Shown here piece after piece: positions 1 through 9,202 of a stretch of DNA of 64,000 nucleotides. Origin of the DNA: an uncultured Flavobacteriales bacterium (GTDB lineage Bacteria > Bacteroidota > Bacteroidia > Flavobacteriales > BACL11); NCBI GenBank assembly GCA_949372805.1, contig CASIBH010000001.1, positions 18,771 through 82,770 on the forward strand, read 5' to 3'. Every line of letters begins with the position of its first letter. The stretch's first letter is position 1. The notes under the pieces are model-generated. The model saw only the letters and a program-made list of their open reading frames with translations, did not search any database and had not been told where the DNA came from. A program made the translations under genes and the position numbers.

Positions 1-234
1 AATCCAAGTAACGATTTATTTAATTTGAATCTAAATGTTAGACAAATTTCTGACCTTAATATATCTATTATAAATTCATCAGGTAAAATAATTTATAACA
101 AAGAGTTAAAAGATTTTTCCGGATCGTTATCAAAGAAAATTGACTTAAAGAGTTATCCTGTTGGTTTATATAATATTATAATTTTATCTAATAATTCCTT
201 GCCTTTGGTAAAGAGAATAGCTCATATTAAATAA
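1..234 (+). CDS. 3' end of a secreted protein with a type IX secretion (T9SS) C-terminal sorting domain; the 5' part lies outside the window
   Basis: Frame 1 is open from nt 1. It reads NPSNDLFNLNLNV...SYPVGLYNIIILSNN...KRIAHIK, the usual pattern of a T9SS C-terminal domain. Stop at 232-234. Confidence 0.7.
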   Translation, partial: NPSNDLFNLNLNVRQISDLNISIINSSGKIIYNKELKDFSGSLSKKIDLKSYPVGLYNIIILSNNSLPLVKRIAHIK

Positions 235-2487
235 GTGTTATTTAGAAGAATTTTTTTAGTTATTTGTTTGTTGCAATTAAGTAAAAATGTAATTGCTCAA
301 GGAGATTTTTATAATATTGATTCTATTTCTGAAATTAGATTATATTTTTTTGATGCAAATTGGGATCATTTACTTGATAGCATGTATGTTGTTGGTGAAA
401 AAGATAGAGTTGTGGCAAATATTATCATTAACGGTGATAGTTATGATAGCGTTGGTGTAAGATATAAAGGTTTTAGCTCAGTAAGTATTAATACGATAAA
501 AAATCCATTTAATATTTCTTTAGATTATTTAATAAATGATCAAGATCATAAAGGAATAAATAAAATTAAACTTTCTAATGTTATTCAAGACCCTTCTTTT
601 GTTAGAGAGGTATTAAGCTATGATATTGCAAGAAAGTATATGCCTGCATCAAAGGCCAATTTTTCAAATCTATTTATTAATGATACTCTTTGGGGTTTAT
701 ATGTAAATGTAGAAGCTGTAAATGAAAAATTTCTTGTTGATCATTTTGGGTCTAAAAACAACTCTTTTTTTAAGTGTAATCCCGAAAATTTAAATATTCA
801 AATTGGTGGGGAAAACTCTAATCTTAGTAATTCTCATGGAAATGATAGCACTGATTATTATAACTATTATGATCTTGAATCAGATTATGGATGGACTCAA
901 TTGTATAATTTAATTGATACACTTAATAATTACTCCGATAGCGTTTATAAATTGCTAAATATTGATAGAGCACTATGGATGCATGCATTTAATTACACAC
1001 TTATAAATTATGATTCTTACATTGGATATGGCCAGAATTATTATTTATATAAGCAACCTTCTTTAGAGTTCAGTCCAATTCTTTGGGATATGAATATGTC
1101 ATTTGGAGGCTTTCGTTTAACTGATGCTTCACAGTTATATTTTAATGGATTTAATATTTCTCAAGCCCAAACAATGGATCCATTTGTTCATTATTACACT
1201 CCATTTATTTCCCCCAGACCATTAATAGAAAAATTATTTCAATCTACTAGAAATCAAAAAATGTTTATGGCTCATATTAGGACAATTGTTGAAGAAAACT
1301 TTTTAAATCAAGATTATTACTCCACTGCTCAATATTTGCAAAATATGATTGATGCTTCTGTTCAAAATGATACAAATAAGTTCTATTCATATAATGATTT
1401 TACTAATAATCTTAATAATCAAGTTTCACTAACTGCATCAATATGTCCTGGGATATCTGAACTTGTTGACGCTAGAGCAAACTACTTATCAAATTATAGT
1501 GGTTTTAATGGAGCCCCTATTGTTTCTAATGTTAATCCACAATCTTTAGTTTTTGGTAATGATTTTTATATAAATGCAGATGTTTTAGGCTCTACAGATG
1601 TAGTTTTATATTTTAGATTTGGAGAGAATATGAGGTTCAAAGAAGTAAATATGTTTGATGATGGCAACCATAATGATGGATTACCTAATGATGGTACTTT
1701 TGGGGCTTTAATAACCAATACTGCAAATTCTGTTGATTACTATATTTATGCAGAAAATGATTCTTCCGGAATTTTCTCGCCCGAAAGAGCTGCTCACGAA
1801 TTTTATTCTATATCAACTAATATTCCTCAGTCTAAGTTAGTTATTAATGAGGTGATGTCAAATAATAAATCTACTGTAACTGACAACAGTGGTAAATATG
1901 ATGATTGGATTGAATTATTTAATAATTCTTCAACACCAATCTCTACAAATAAATTATTTTTTTCAGATAATTTGCAGAATATTTCCAAATGGAAATTTCC
2001 AAATATTATAATTAAACCGCAGGAATACTTTATAATTTGGGCAGATGAGGATGGTCATCAGGGAGATAATCATGCAAATTTTAAGTTATCAAATCTTGGG
2101 GAACAATTAATAATATCTAACCATGATTCTTCTATAATTGATGCAGAATATATTTATACCCAACAAGATGATATTTCATATGGGAGATCTCCCAATGGAG
2201 TAGGATCATTTACTATGTTAACACCAACATTTAATGAAAATAATACTCCAACTAATGTAGCGGAATCTTACTTACTAGATGATTTTTTTATATTTCCAAA
2301 TCCTTTTGATGATTACTTACACATTAATGGTGAATCAGACTTTAAAGTTTATAATGTCTTAGGTGAAATGATTTATTTAGGAAAAAGCTCCCAAAATCAT
2401 ATAAAAACATCAAAATGGATTCCTGGCATTTATTTTTTAAATAGCTGGGATAATAAATTAAGCTTAAAGCTTATTAAAATCAAATAA
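235..2487 (+). CDS. CotH-family protein with lamin-tail-like domain and T9SS C-terminal sorting domain
   Basis: GTG start directly after the upstream stop. Signal peptide MLFRRIFLVICLLQLSKNVIAQ. CotH-like blocks GVRYKGFSS, KIKLSNVIQDPSFVREVLSYDIARKYMPASKANF and WGLYVNVEAV. LTD-like segment LVINEVMSNN...YDDWIELFN...FFSDN. C-terminal FPNPFDDYLHING...GIYFL sorting domain. Confidence 0.8.
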   Translation: MLFRRIFLVICLLQLSKNVIAQGDFYNIDSISEIRLYFFDANWDHLLDSMYVVGEKDRVVANIIINGDSYDSVGVRYKGFSSVSINTIKNPFNISLDYLINDQDHKGINKIKLSNVIQDPSFVREVLSYDIARKYMPASKANFSNLFINDTLWGLYVNVEAVNEKFLVDHFGSKNNSFFKCNPENLNIQIGGENSNLSNSHGNDSTDYYNYYDLESDYGWTQLYNLIDTLNNYSDSVYKLLNIDRALWMHAFNYTLINYDSYIGYGQNYYLYKQPSLEFSPILWDMNMSFGGFRLTDASQLYFNGFNISQAQTMDPFVHYYTPFISPRPLIEKLFQSTRNQKMFMAHIRTIVEENFLNQDYYSTAQYLQNMIDASVQNDTNKFYSYNDFTNNLNNQVSLTASICPGISELVDARANYLSNYSGFNGAPIVSNVNPQSLVFGNDFYINADVLGSTDVVLYFRFGENMRFKEVNMFDDGNHNDGLPNDGTFGALITNTANSVDYYIYAENDSSGIFSPERAAHEFYSISTNIPQSKLVINEVMSNNKSTVTDNSGKYDDWIELFNNSSTPISTNKLFFSDNLQNISKWKFPNIIIKPQEYFIIWADEDGHQGDNHANFKLSNLGEQLIISNHDSSIIDAEYIYTQQDDISYGRSPNGVGSFTMLTPTFNENNTPTNVAESYLLDDFFIFPNPFDDYLHINGESDFKVYNVLGEMIYLGKSSQNHIKTSKWIPGIYFLNSWDNKLSLKLIKIK

Positions 2488-2489
2488 AC

Positions 2490-3728
2490 ATGAAAAATAT
2501 TTTTATTCTGTTATTCAATTGTATGATAATGAATGCTTTTGGACAAGTAATAACTAATTATACATCTCAAGATGGCTTAATCAATAATTATGTTGAATGT
2601 GTTGCAATAGATGCTAATGACAATATATGGTTTGGTACAGCATTTGGAGTGTCAATGTTTAACGGTAGTTCATGGGTGTCATTTGATCAATCAACTTACC
2701 CACTGATGTTATCTGATGATATTAAGGCTATCACTGCTGCTTCAAGCGGAGATATATGGATAGGGACAGATTACGGTGTTAATCGACTTATTGATGGAAA
2801 TACGGCTTTTCCTTCTTGGGAAAGTTATACTATAAATGATGGTCTTGCTAATAATAAAGTTACAAGTATTGATGAGAGTCCAAGTGGAGAATTATGGTTT
2901 GCTCACTCTTCTTTTTCAGCAGGGGTAAGTGTATTTGACGGATCTTTATGGAGCTCCTATGGTTCACCTGATCTGCCAATTAGTGGTATTTGTGCTACAT
3001 CCTTTGATTCCAATGGTGATAAGTGGTTTACCTCTCCTTTGGATGGTTTAGTACATTTTGATGATAATTTATTTACCCAGTATACAATTTCTGATGGATT
3101 GGTTAGTAATTATAGTACTGCCATCTGTGTTGATAATAATGATCATAAATGGATTGGTTCTGGAAGTGGAATGACACAATTAAACGCAAGCAATAGTAAT
3201 TTTACCAAACATACTTTAATGTATTTATTACCTCCTCCAGACACATTAAATCCTGTTGTGGATATTGCGGAAGACTCATGGGGGAGAATATGGGCTACTA
3301 TATATGTAGGCTATTTAGCAGAAGGGGGTGTCGCTTTTTGGAATGGAAGTCAATGGTTTGATTATGATCAAAATGACGGTATTATAGGACCTAATGTTAG
3401 AGGTCTTGCAATTGATTCTGAAGATAATGTATGGATTGCTACTAGTACAGGTGTTTCAAGAATTTCGGCTATTTCAAACTTTATAAAAGATAGTGATAAT
3501 ACAGACCTAAATATTTTCTTTAATAATGTTACTGAAAAAATTAATATTAGTTCTAAAGAAAATTTTAGTTTTTCTTTTAGAGTATATAATACATTAGGCG
3601 CTCTAATTTATAATTTAGATAATATCTTTAAAAAAGAAATAGATCTATCTATGATAAAATCTGGTATTTATTACATTAGCGTAGTTCAGGGTGGTGAAAT
3701 TGCTAAAAAGAAAGTTGTAATTCATTAA
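2490..3728 (+). CDS. Beta-propeller repeat protein (two-component-regulator propeller type) with T9SS C-terminal sorting domain
   Basis: Signal peptide ending NAFGQ. Repeated DGL.NN.V..I..D..G.IW.GT motifs: YTSQDGLINNYVECVAIDANDNIWFGT, INDGLANNKVTSIDESPSGELWF, ISDGLVSNYSTAICVDNNDHKWIG. C-terminal FRVYNTLGALIY...SGIYYISVV sorting domain. Confidence 0.75.
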   Translation: MKNIFILLFNCMIMNAFGQVITNYTSQDGLINNYVECVAIDANDNIWFGTAFGVSMFNGSSWVSFDQSTYPLMLSDDIKAITAASSGDIWIGTDYGVNRLIDGNTAFPSWESYTINDGLANNKVTSIDESPSGELWFAHSSFSAGVSVFDGSLWSSYGSPDLPISGICATSFDSNGDKWFTSPLDGLVHFDDNLFTQYTISDGLVSNYSTAICVDNNDHKWIGSGSGMTQLNASNSNFTKHTLMYLLPPPDTLNPVVDIAEDSWGRIWATIYVGYLAEGGVAFWNGSQWFDYDQNDGIIGPNVRGLAIDSEDNVWIATSTGVSRISAISNFIKDSDNTDLNIFFNNVTEKINISSKENFSFSFRVYNTLGALIYNLDNIFKKEIDLSMIKSGIYYISVVQGGEIAKKKVVIH

Positions 3729-3778
3729 GCTTGTTAATAAGTATTATTTTTAGTCTTTATCTCATTAATCTTCCTTTG

Positions 3779-3786
3779 TAATTTTG
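3779..3786 (+). promoter_or_regulatory. Candidate Bacteroidetes sigma-A -7 element (TAATTTTG)
   Basis: Exact match to TAnnTTTG, 22 nt upstream of the ATG at 3809. Confidence 0.4.
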
Positions 3787-3808
3787 ATTAAAATATAAAT
3801 AATCAATT

Positions 3809-4804
3809 ATGAAAAGAATATTAGCATTTATTTTCAGTTTAGTTTTTATAAGTTCTTGCATTACTCCAAAAGTATATAATGAGCTTTTTGCTGAGCATGA
3901 AAAAGCTCAAAAAGACTTGCTAAGTAATGAACAGGTTATTCTTAATCTAAGAGAAAATCTGCAAAAATTTGCGAGTTCAGTTAGTGATTTAGAAGATAAA
4001 GTAAAAAATCTTCAAGCAGATTCTTCATTAATAAACCAAGAGCTTTTAACATGTCAAAATAAATATAACGAGTTAAGCACAACATATGAACTGCTTAATT
4101 CAAAAAGTAGTAGATTGTTGGGAGAAAAAGCAAAAGAAACTAAAGATCTACTTGAAAAGCTAGAATTAGCTCAAAATGAACTTTTCGCAAAAGAAGATCA
4201 ATTAAATAAATCAACTACTTCGCTTAAATTACAAGAAGATGCATTAGAAAAATCTCTCAAAGAGTTGGAGTACAGGTCTTCAAGAGTTGCTGAACTTGAA
4301 GCAATAATTAATAGAAAGGACTCTATGGTAACTGCCTTAAAGAAAAATATTTCTAAAGCATTAATTGGTTTAGAAGGAGACGGTTTAACAATAGAACAAA
4401 GAAATGGAAAAGTATATATTTCCTTAGAAGAGGATTTGTTGTTTGCCTCAGGTAAATATGAAGTGAATCAGACAGGAATTGCAGCTTTAGACAGGCTATC
4501 TGCTGCTTTATCGTCTCAAAATGATTTAGAAATTTTAGTTGAAGGACATACTGATAGTATTCCGTTAAGCGGAAGAGGTTTAATAAAGGATAATTGGGAC
4601 TTAAGTGTGATGAGAGCAACCTCTGTTGTTAAAAGAATGACATTAAATTCTGATTTAAATCCCGCTCAATTAATAGCTGCAGGTAGAAGTGAATTTATTC
4701 CAATTCTTACAAATAGTACTACAGAAGGGAGAAGTATGAATAGAAGAATTGAGATGATATTGTCGCCAAATTTAGATGATCTTTTCAAGCTCCTAGAAGA
4801 GTAA
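3809..4804 (+). CDS. OmpA-family lipoprotein with long N-terminal coiled coil
   Basis: Lipobox LVFISSC. About 170 aa of heptad-like Q/E/K/L-rich sequence. C-terminal OmpA/MotB peptidoglycan-binding block LEILVEGHTDSIP...NWDLSVMRATSVVK...GRSMNRRIEMIL. Confidence 0.85.
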   Translation: MKRILAFIFSLVFISSCITPKVYNELFAEHEKAQKDLLSNEQVILNLRENLQKFASSVSDLEDKVKNLQADSSLINQELLTCQNKYNELSTTYELLNSKSSRLLGEKAKETKDLLEKLELAQNELFAKEDQLNKSTTSLKLQEDALEKSLKELEYRSSRVAELEAIINRKDSMVTALKKNISKALIGLEGDGLTIEQRNGKVYISLEEDLLFASGKYEVNQTGIAALDRLSAALSSQNDLEILVEGHTDSIPLSGRGLIKDNWDLSVMRATSVVKRMTLNSDLNPAQLIAAGRSEFIPILTNSTTEGRSMNRRIEMILSPNLDDLFKLLEE

Positions 4805-4809
4805 GTTTT

Positions 4810-5727
4810 ATGTCTGAAAGAGTTTTAATAACCGGATATAATGGTGCATTAGCTAAGCGAGTTGCAATAATTTTTGAGAAAAAATTTGATTTAGTTTTTC
4901 TAACTTCCAATAAAAAATCTGTAAATAATAAAAACATTTTTTTTTGGAATATTGAAGAAGAATATATTGATCCATTAGCTTTAAAAGATTGTAAGCATAT
5001 TATTCATCTTTGTGGATTTAATATTATGAATCGTTGGTCTAAGAAGAATAGAGAGCTAATGTATTCAAGTCGTGTTTTAACCGCAAACTTATTATTTAAA
5101 AAATGCTTTGAATTAGAGTTAAAGATTGAAAGTTTTATTGGAGCTTCAGCAATGGGTTATTATGGTTTAAATACGATTGCTGATGTGGATGAAAGTGCAG
5201 AAAATGGTAGCGATTGGTTGGCTAAACTCTCACTGGACTGGGAGAATGCTGCAAATCAGTTTAATAAAATTGGTTCTCGAATTGTCAATCTAAGGATTTC
5301 TTTATTGATGGATTTGAATTCAGGTTTTTTAAAAGTAACCTTATTACCTTTAAAAATTGGAATAACCTCAATATTTACTCCAGCCGATTTAGTATATTCT
5401 TGGATTCATATTGATGATGTTGCTAAATTTATTTTATATGCTATTGAAAATAATCATGTAGCTGGCCCATACAATATGGCAGTTCCAAACAGGCAAAGTC
5501 AGAAAGAGCTGATAAAAGAAATTAAAAGTTGTGTTTTTCCTTTTGCAATTATTTTTCCGATACCTATTTTTTTAATGAAGTTGTTTTTAGGAGGAAGGAG
5601 TCAAGTTTTAAGTGGTGGTCTTTATTTGAAATCTGATAAGATACTTAATTCTGGATTTAATTTTACATATCCTTCAGTTACAAGTTTTTTAAAAAATAAT
5701 AAAATTTCAAATGTCTATTCTAAATAA
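4810..5727 (+). CDS. NAD-dependent epimerase-family protein, YfcH/TIGR01777-like (Rossmann N-terminus plus DUF1731-like C-terminus)
   Basis: N-terminal VLITGYNGALAKRV Rossmann motif. About 300 aa. Block WIHIDDVAKFILYAIENNHVAGPYNMAVPN is typical of this family. Confidence 0.75.
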   Translation: MSERVLITGYNGALAKRVAIIFEKKFDLVFLTSNKKSVNNKNIFFWNIEEEYIDPLALKDCKHIIHLCGFNIMNRWSKKNRELMYSSRVLTANLLFKKCFELELKIESFIGASAMGYYGLNTIADVDESAENGSDWLAKLSLDWENAANQFNKIGSRIVNLRISLLMDLNSGFLKVTLLPLKIGITSIFTPADLVYSWIHIDDVAKFILYAIENNHVAGPYNMAVPNRQSQKELIKEIKSCVFPFAIIFPIPIFLMKLFLGGRSQVLSGGLYLKSDKILNSGFNFTYPSVTSFLKNNKISNVYSK

Positions 5728-6103
5728 AGGTTCAAAGCTATATAGTATTTTTTTAAATTTGTGTCCCAAGTGTCATGAGGGGAAATTTTGGAAAACAGAT
5801 AATCCTTTTAAGAATATTTTATTAAAAAATTCAGAATCTTCGATTTCTTGTGATAAATGCATGATTAAGTATGAGCTCGAAATAGGTTTTTGGTATGGAG
5901 CTATGTATATTAGTTATGCAATTGGAGTTGCCCTAATGTTATTATTATGGGGAGGTTTGATTTTGTGTTTTCCTTTGATGGATATAACAATATTAATTTC
6001 ATTAGTTGTTGTAGGTATACTGATTTTCTGTCCAATTAATTATCACCTTTCTAGACTTATTTGGGTCAATATATTTATAAAATATCAAGGAGATGTTAAT
6101 TAG
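5711..6103 (+). CDS. DUF983-like small membrane protein
   Basis: N-terminal zinc-ribbon-like CPKCHEGKFW...CDKC followed by two hydrophobic helices. Overlaps the upstream gene by 17 nt. Confidence 0.6.
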   Translation: MSILNKGSKLYSIFLNLCPKCHEGKFWKTDNPFKNILLKNSESSISCDKCMIKYELEIGFWYGAMYISYAIGVALMLLLWGGLILCFPLMDITILISLVVVGILIFCPINYHLSRLIWVNIFIKYQGDVN

Positions 6104-6108
6104 CTTGA

Positions 6109-6282
6109 TTACCTCTTTCTAAATATATAGATTGCTAGAAGTAAAATACATTCTAAAAAAAATAGTCTTGTTAGATCTTCCGATGTTAAGCTATTTTCTA
6201 TGGAAAGTTTAATGATGTTAAAACTTACTATAAGAAACGCAATAATTAAAATCCCTTGGGCTTTGTTAAATTTTTTTAGCAT
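6109..6282 (-). CDS. Possible small two-helix membrane protein (57 aa, below the ORF-track threshold)
   Basis: Hand translation of the minus strand gives MLKKFNKAQGILIIAFLIVSFNIIKLSIENSLTSEDLTRLFFLECILLLAIYIFRKR*. It starts 25 nt downstream of the tRNA-Ser. In AT-rich DNA, apparent hydrophobic helices arise easily by chance. Confidence 0.25.
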   Translation of the reverse strand: MLKKFNKAQGILIIAFLIVSFNIIKLSIENSLTSEDLTRLFFLECILLLAIYIFRKR

Positions 6283-6306
6283 AAATCAAATTTATAATAT
6301 AATAAT

Positions 6307-6394
6307 GCGGTGAGGAAGGGATTCGAACCCCCGAAACAGTTTCCCGTTTACACGCTTTCCAAGCGTGCGCCTTAAGCCACTCGGCCACCTCACC
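6307..6394 (-). tRNA. tRNA-Ser (anticodon GGA)
   Basis: Reverse complement reads GGTGAGGTGGCCGAGTGGCTTAAGGCGCACGCTTGGAAAGCGTGTAAACGGGAAACTGTTTCGGGGGTTCGAATCCCTTCCTCACCG. Acceptor stem is GGTGAGG/CCTCACC. Anticodon stem is CACGC/GCGTG with loop TTGGAAA. Long variable arm (class II), GTTCGAAT T-loop, no encoded CCA. Confidence 0.95.
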
Positions 6395-6430
6395 AATTGC
6401 TCAGCAAATCTAAAAAATTAGTTGGTAATC

Positions 6431-7422
6431 TCACCCCTTAATTTTTTTGTAATTCTGTCTTGATTTCTTCATCATTTCAATCCTTGTTCCTAATAAGAAC
6501 ATTAGCTTTGTAATAGCAGCTTCAGTTGTCATATCTTTTCCACTAATTACTCCAATTGCTTCTAGCTGCTTACTTGTTTCGATAATGCCCTTGATCAACG
6601 CACTCCCTGAAAGACATTGTGAGACATTAATAATTATTTTTCCTTTTTGAATAGCAGACTTTAGTTCATTTATAAACCAATTGTCTGTTGTTGCATTTCC
6701 AGCACCAAAACTTTCAAGTACAATCCCTTTTGAAGAATTTAATATTGCAATAACTACTTCTTTTCGTATTGACAGGAAATAATTTAAGTATAGATACATT
6801 ATTCGATAAATTTGAATGTGCTTTTATTTGATAATGAGAAGCTTTTTTAACATATTGTTTTTTATATTTAATATTAACCCCTGCCTTCAGCAAGAACAGG
6901 ATAATTTGGAGATTGAAAAGCATCAAAATGTATCTGCATTTACCTTGGTCACCCTATTGCCTCTATAAAGTTGATATTCAAAATATACACAGACTTCTTT
7001 TACTTAAATTACTTGCAGCAATTTCAATTGCAGTAATTAAATTTTCTTTAGCATCCTGTCCGTCTTAATACCTATAGGTAATTGTGAGCCAGTTAAAACT
7101 ACTGCTTTATTCATATTTTCTAGCATAAAGCTTAATGCTGAAGAAGTATATGCCATGGTGTCAGATCCATGTAGAATAACAAAGCCATTATATTTATCAT
7201 AATTTTCTTTAATACAATTAACAATTTCAATCCAATGACTTATAGTCATATTTGAGGAGTCAATAGGGTTGTCAATACTTGTATGATCTATTTCTGTTTC
7301 AGAATCGCTAAGCTCAGGAAATGCATTTCGTAATCTCATTAAAATCAAAAGGTTCTAACGATTTATTTCTTTTTAATCATTCCAATTGTCCCTCCAGAAT
7401 AAATAAGTAATATATTTTTCAT
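6431..7422 (-). pseudogene. ansA: Type I L-asparaginase (AnsA-like), disrupted by at least seven frame changes
   Basis: Conserved asparaginase segments lie in order but in alternating frames: MKNILLIYSGGTIGMIKKK* (7422-7363), [16 protein letters not shown]...[18 protein letters not shown]...[12 protein letters not shown] (ORF 7037-7348), [66 protein letters not shown]...ILKLFPVNTK (ORF 6714-6926), EVVIAILNSSKGIVLESFGAGNA...GKDMTTEAAITKLMFLLG (ORF 6431-6799). Confidence 0.85.
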
Positions 7423-7489
7423 TTAAATTTTGAAAAGGTTATTAGCATTTAATGTTGTTATATCTCTAACTGTATTAATCTCAATATCC

Positions 7490-8197
7490 TTAATTAGCTG
7501 CAAGCTTTTTGGCAATATTAACTATGTATTTACTTTCGTTTCTTTTACCTCTAAAAGGAGTCGGGGCAAGATATGGTGAATCAGTTTCTAGAAGAATATT
7601 ATTTAGAGGTATTGTTTTCATTACTTTATCTAAGCCACTGTTCTTAAAAGTTAAAACACCACCAACCCCAAGATAAAAGTTTTCTAATGCAATAATTCTT
7701 TTAGCATCAACTTCATTTCCTGTAAAACAATGGAAAACACCAGATAATTTATCGCAATTTAATTTTTCAACTATTTTTATTGCCTCATCAAATGCCTCTC
7801 TTACATGAATAACTATTGGGAGCTCGTATTTAATTGCTAGCTCAATTTGATGAGTAAATATTTCTTGTTGTAAACTTAGAGATGTTTTTTCCCAGTATAA
7901 ATCTAGACCAATTTCCCCTATTGCAAGAAATTTATTTTCTAAGAGCATCATTTCAAGATGCATTAATTCACTTTTAATTGATTCTTCTTTTACAGAGCAG
8001 GGGTGAATACCAATCATTGGAAAACAATTATCAGGATATTTCTTTGAAAGATTTAACATTGATTCTGTAGTGCTAGAATCAATGTTTGGAAGAAGTAATT
8101 TAGTTACACCACTTTCAATAGCATCTTTTATTACCTGATCGATATCATTTTTAAATTCAGTTAAATATAGGTGCGTATGTGTGTCTATAAAAGTCAT
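7490..8197 (-). CDS. TatD-family metal-dependent hydrolase
   Basis: FIDTHTHLY at the N-terminus. Also GEIGLDLYW, PIVIHVREA, FHCFTG, LLETDSPYLAP. Confidence 0.9.
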   Translation of the reverse strand: MTFIDTHTHLYLTEFKNDIDQVIKDAIESGVTKLLLPNIDSSTTESMLNLSKKYPDNCFPMIGIHPCSVKEESIKSELMHLEMMLLENKFLAIGEIGLDLYWEKTSLSLQQEIFTHQIELAIKYELPIVIHVREAFDEAIKIVEKLNCDKLSGVFHCFTGNEVDAKRIIALENFYLGVGGVLTFKNSGLDKVMKTIPLNNILLETDSPYLAPTPFRGKRNESKYIVNIAKKLAAN

Positions 8198-8233
8198 TGT
8201 GCAATATTAGTTAAATTCTTTAGTTTTACATCT

Positions 8234-9202
8234 GTGTCAAAACCTATTAAAATACTAATTGTTAGATTCAGTTCCATTGGCGATATTGTGCTAACCTCAC
8301 CAGTAATAAGATGTCTTAAAACTCAAATTAATACTGAATTACACTTTTTGACTAAATATCAGTACCATTCTTTGCTTATAAATAATCAGTATCTTGATAA
8401 AATATATTATTTAGAAAATTCTTTTACTGAAACATTACGTGAGCTAAAAAAAGAAAATTATGACTATATAATTGATCTTCATAATAATATTAGATCTTTT
8501 TTTCTTCTACGATTAGGAGTGAAAATGAAAAGATACTATAAGTCAAATTTTAATAAAATATTAAATATAAATTTTGGTTTAAAACTCAATAATAAAATCC
8601 ATACTGTAGAGCGTTATATGCAAACTATCAAATTTTTGGGAGTTAAAAATGATCATAAAGGGTTAGATTATTTTTTAGATATAAAAAATGAAATTGATTT
8701 TAATGTTGATCAGAAGTTTATTGCTTGGAGTATTGGTGGTTCTTTTCAGCAGAAGCAGCTTTCAGCAGAACAGGTGTCTGGTGTTTGTAATAATTTGAAA
8801 GAACCTGTTCTATTACTTGGCGGTGAAAATGAAAAACACACGGGTGACAGAATTATTAATTTGACACAAAAAGACAATGTATATAATTTCTGTGGAAAAT
8901 TATCTGTTAATGAATCTGCATATGTTATTAATAAATGTTCAGTTTTGTTAAGTAATGATACAGGATTAATGCATATTGGTGCTGCTCTAAAAAAAAATAT
9001 TTTATCATTTTGGGGATGTACAAAGCCGGACTTAGGATTTTCGCCATACTTTCCAGGAGAAAAATCAATTAAATTAGTATCTGACAAATCTCAAAGGCAA
9101 TGCTCTAAACATGGCAGCTCTTGTAGGTTTACAAAGGAAGGATGTATTAAAGGAATTAGTTCGGAATCTATCTTAAACTCAATAAGTAAAATACTTTCTT
9201 AG
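8234..9202 (+). CDS. Glycosyltransferase family 9 (heptosyltransferase-like)
   Basis: KILIVRFSSIGDIVLTSPVIRCLK and LLSNDTGLMHIGAAL motifs. The ORF track opens at 8171, overlapping tatD. I prefer the in-frame GTG at 8234 (VSKPIKILIV); ATG 8177 is an alternative. The start is uncertain. Confidence 0.75.
   Translation: MSKPIKILIVRFSSIGDIVLTSPVIRCLKTQINTELHFLTKYQYHSLLINNQYLDKIYYLENSFTETLRELKKENYDYIIDLHNNIRSFFLLRLGVKMKRYYKSNFNKILNINFGLKLNNKIHTVERYMQTIKFLGVKNDHKGLDYFLDIKNEIDFNVDQKFIAWSIGGSFQQKQLSAEQVSGVCNNLKEPVLLLGGENEKHTGDRIINLTQKDNVYNFCGKLSVNESAYVINKCSVLLSNDTGLMHIGAALKKNILSFWGCTKPDLGFSPYFPGEKSIKLVSDKSQRQCSKHGSSCRFTKEGCIKGISSESILNSISKILS

Noticed and set aside
6307-6394. tRNA-Ser as the attachment site of an integrated element, given the adjacent pseudogene.
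   Set aside because: There is no integrase, no direct repeat of the tRNA 3' end that I could see, and no foreign-looking genes. The neighbours are a decayed housekeeping gene and tatD.
8171-8233. ORF-track N-terminal extensions: 8171-8233 (GT9), 9710-9730 (thioesterase), 13865-13882 (TonB receptor), 36086-36109 (bamA), 37642-37668 (DUF6089-like) and 38587-38643 (nadK).
   Set aside because: These extensions begin at TTG/GTG codons or overlap the upstream gene. Downstream in-frame ATG or GTG codons give canonical N-termini (signal peptides, MKIAIFG for NadK) and tidy 2-4 nt junctions.
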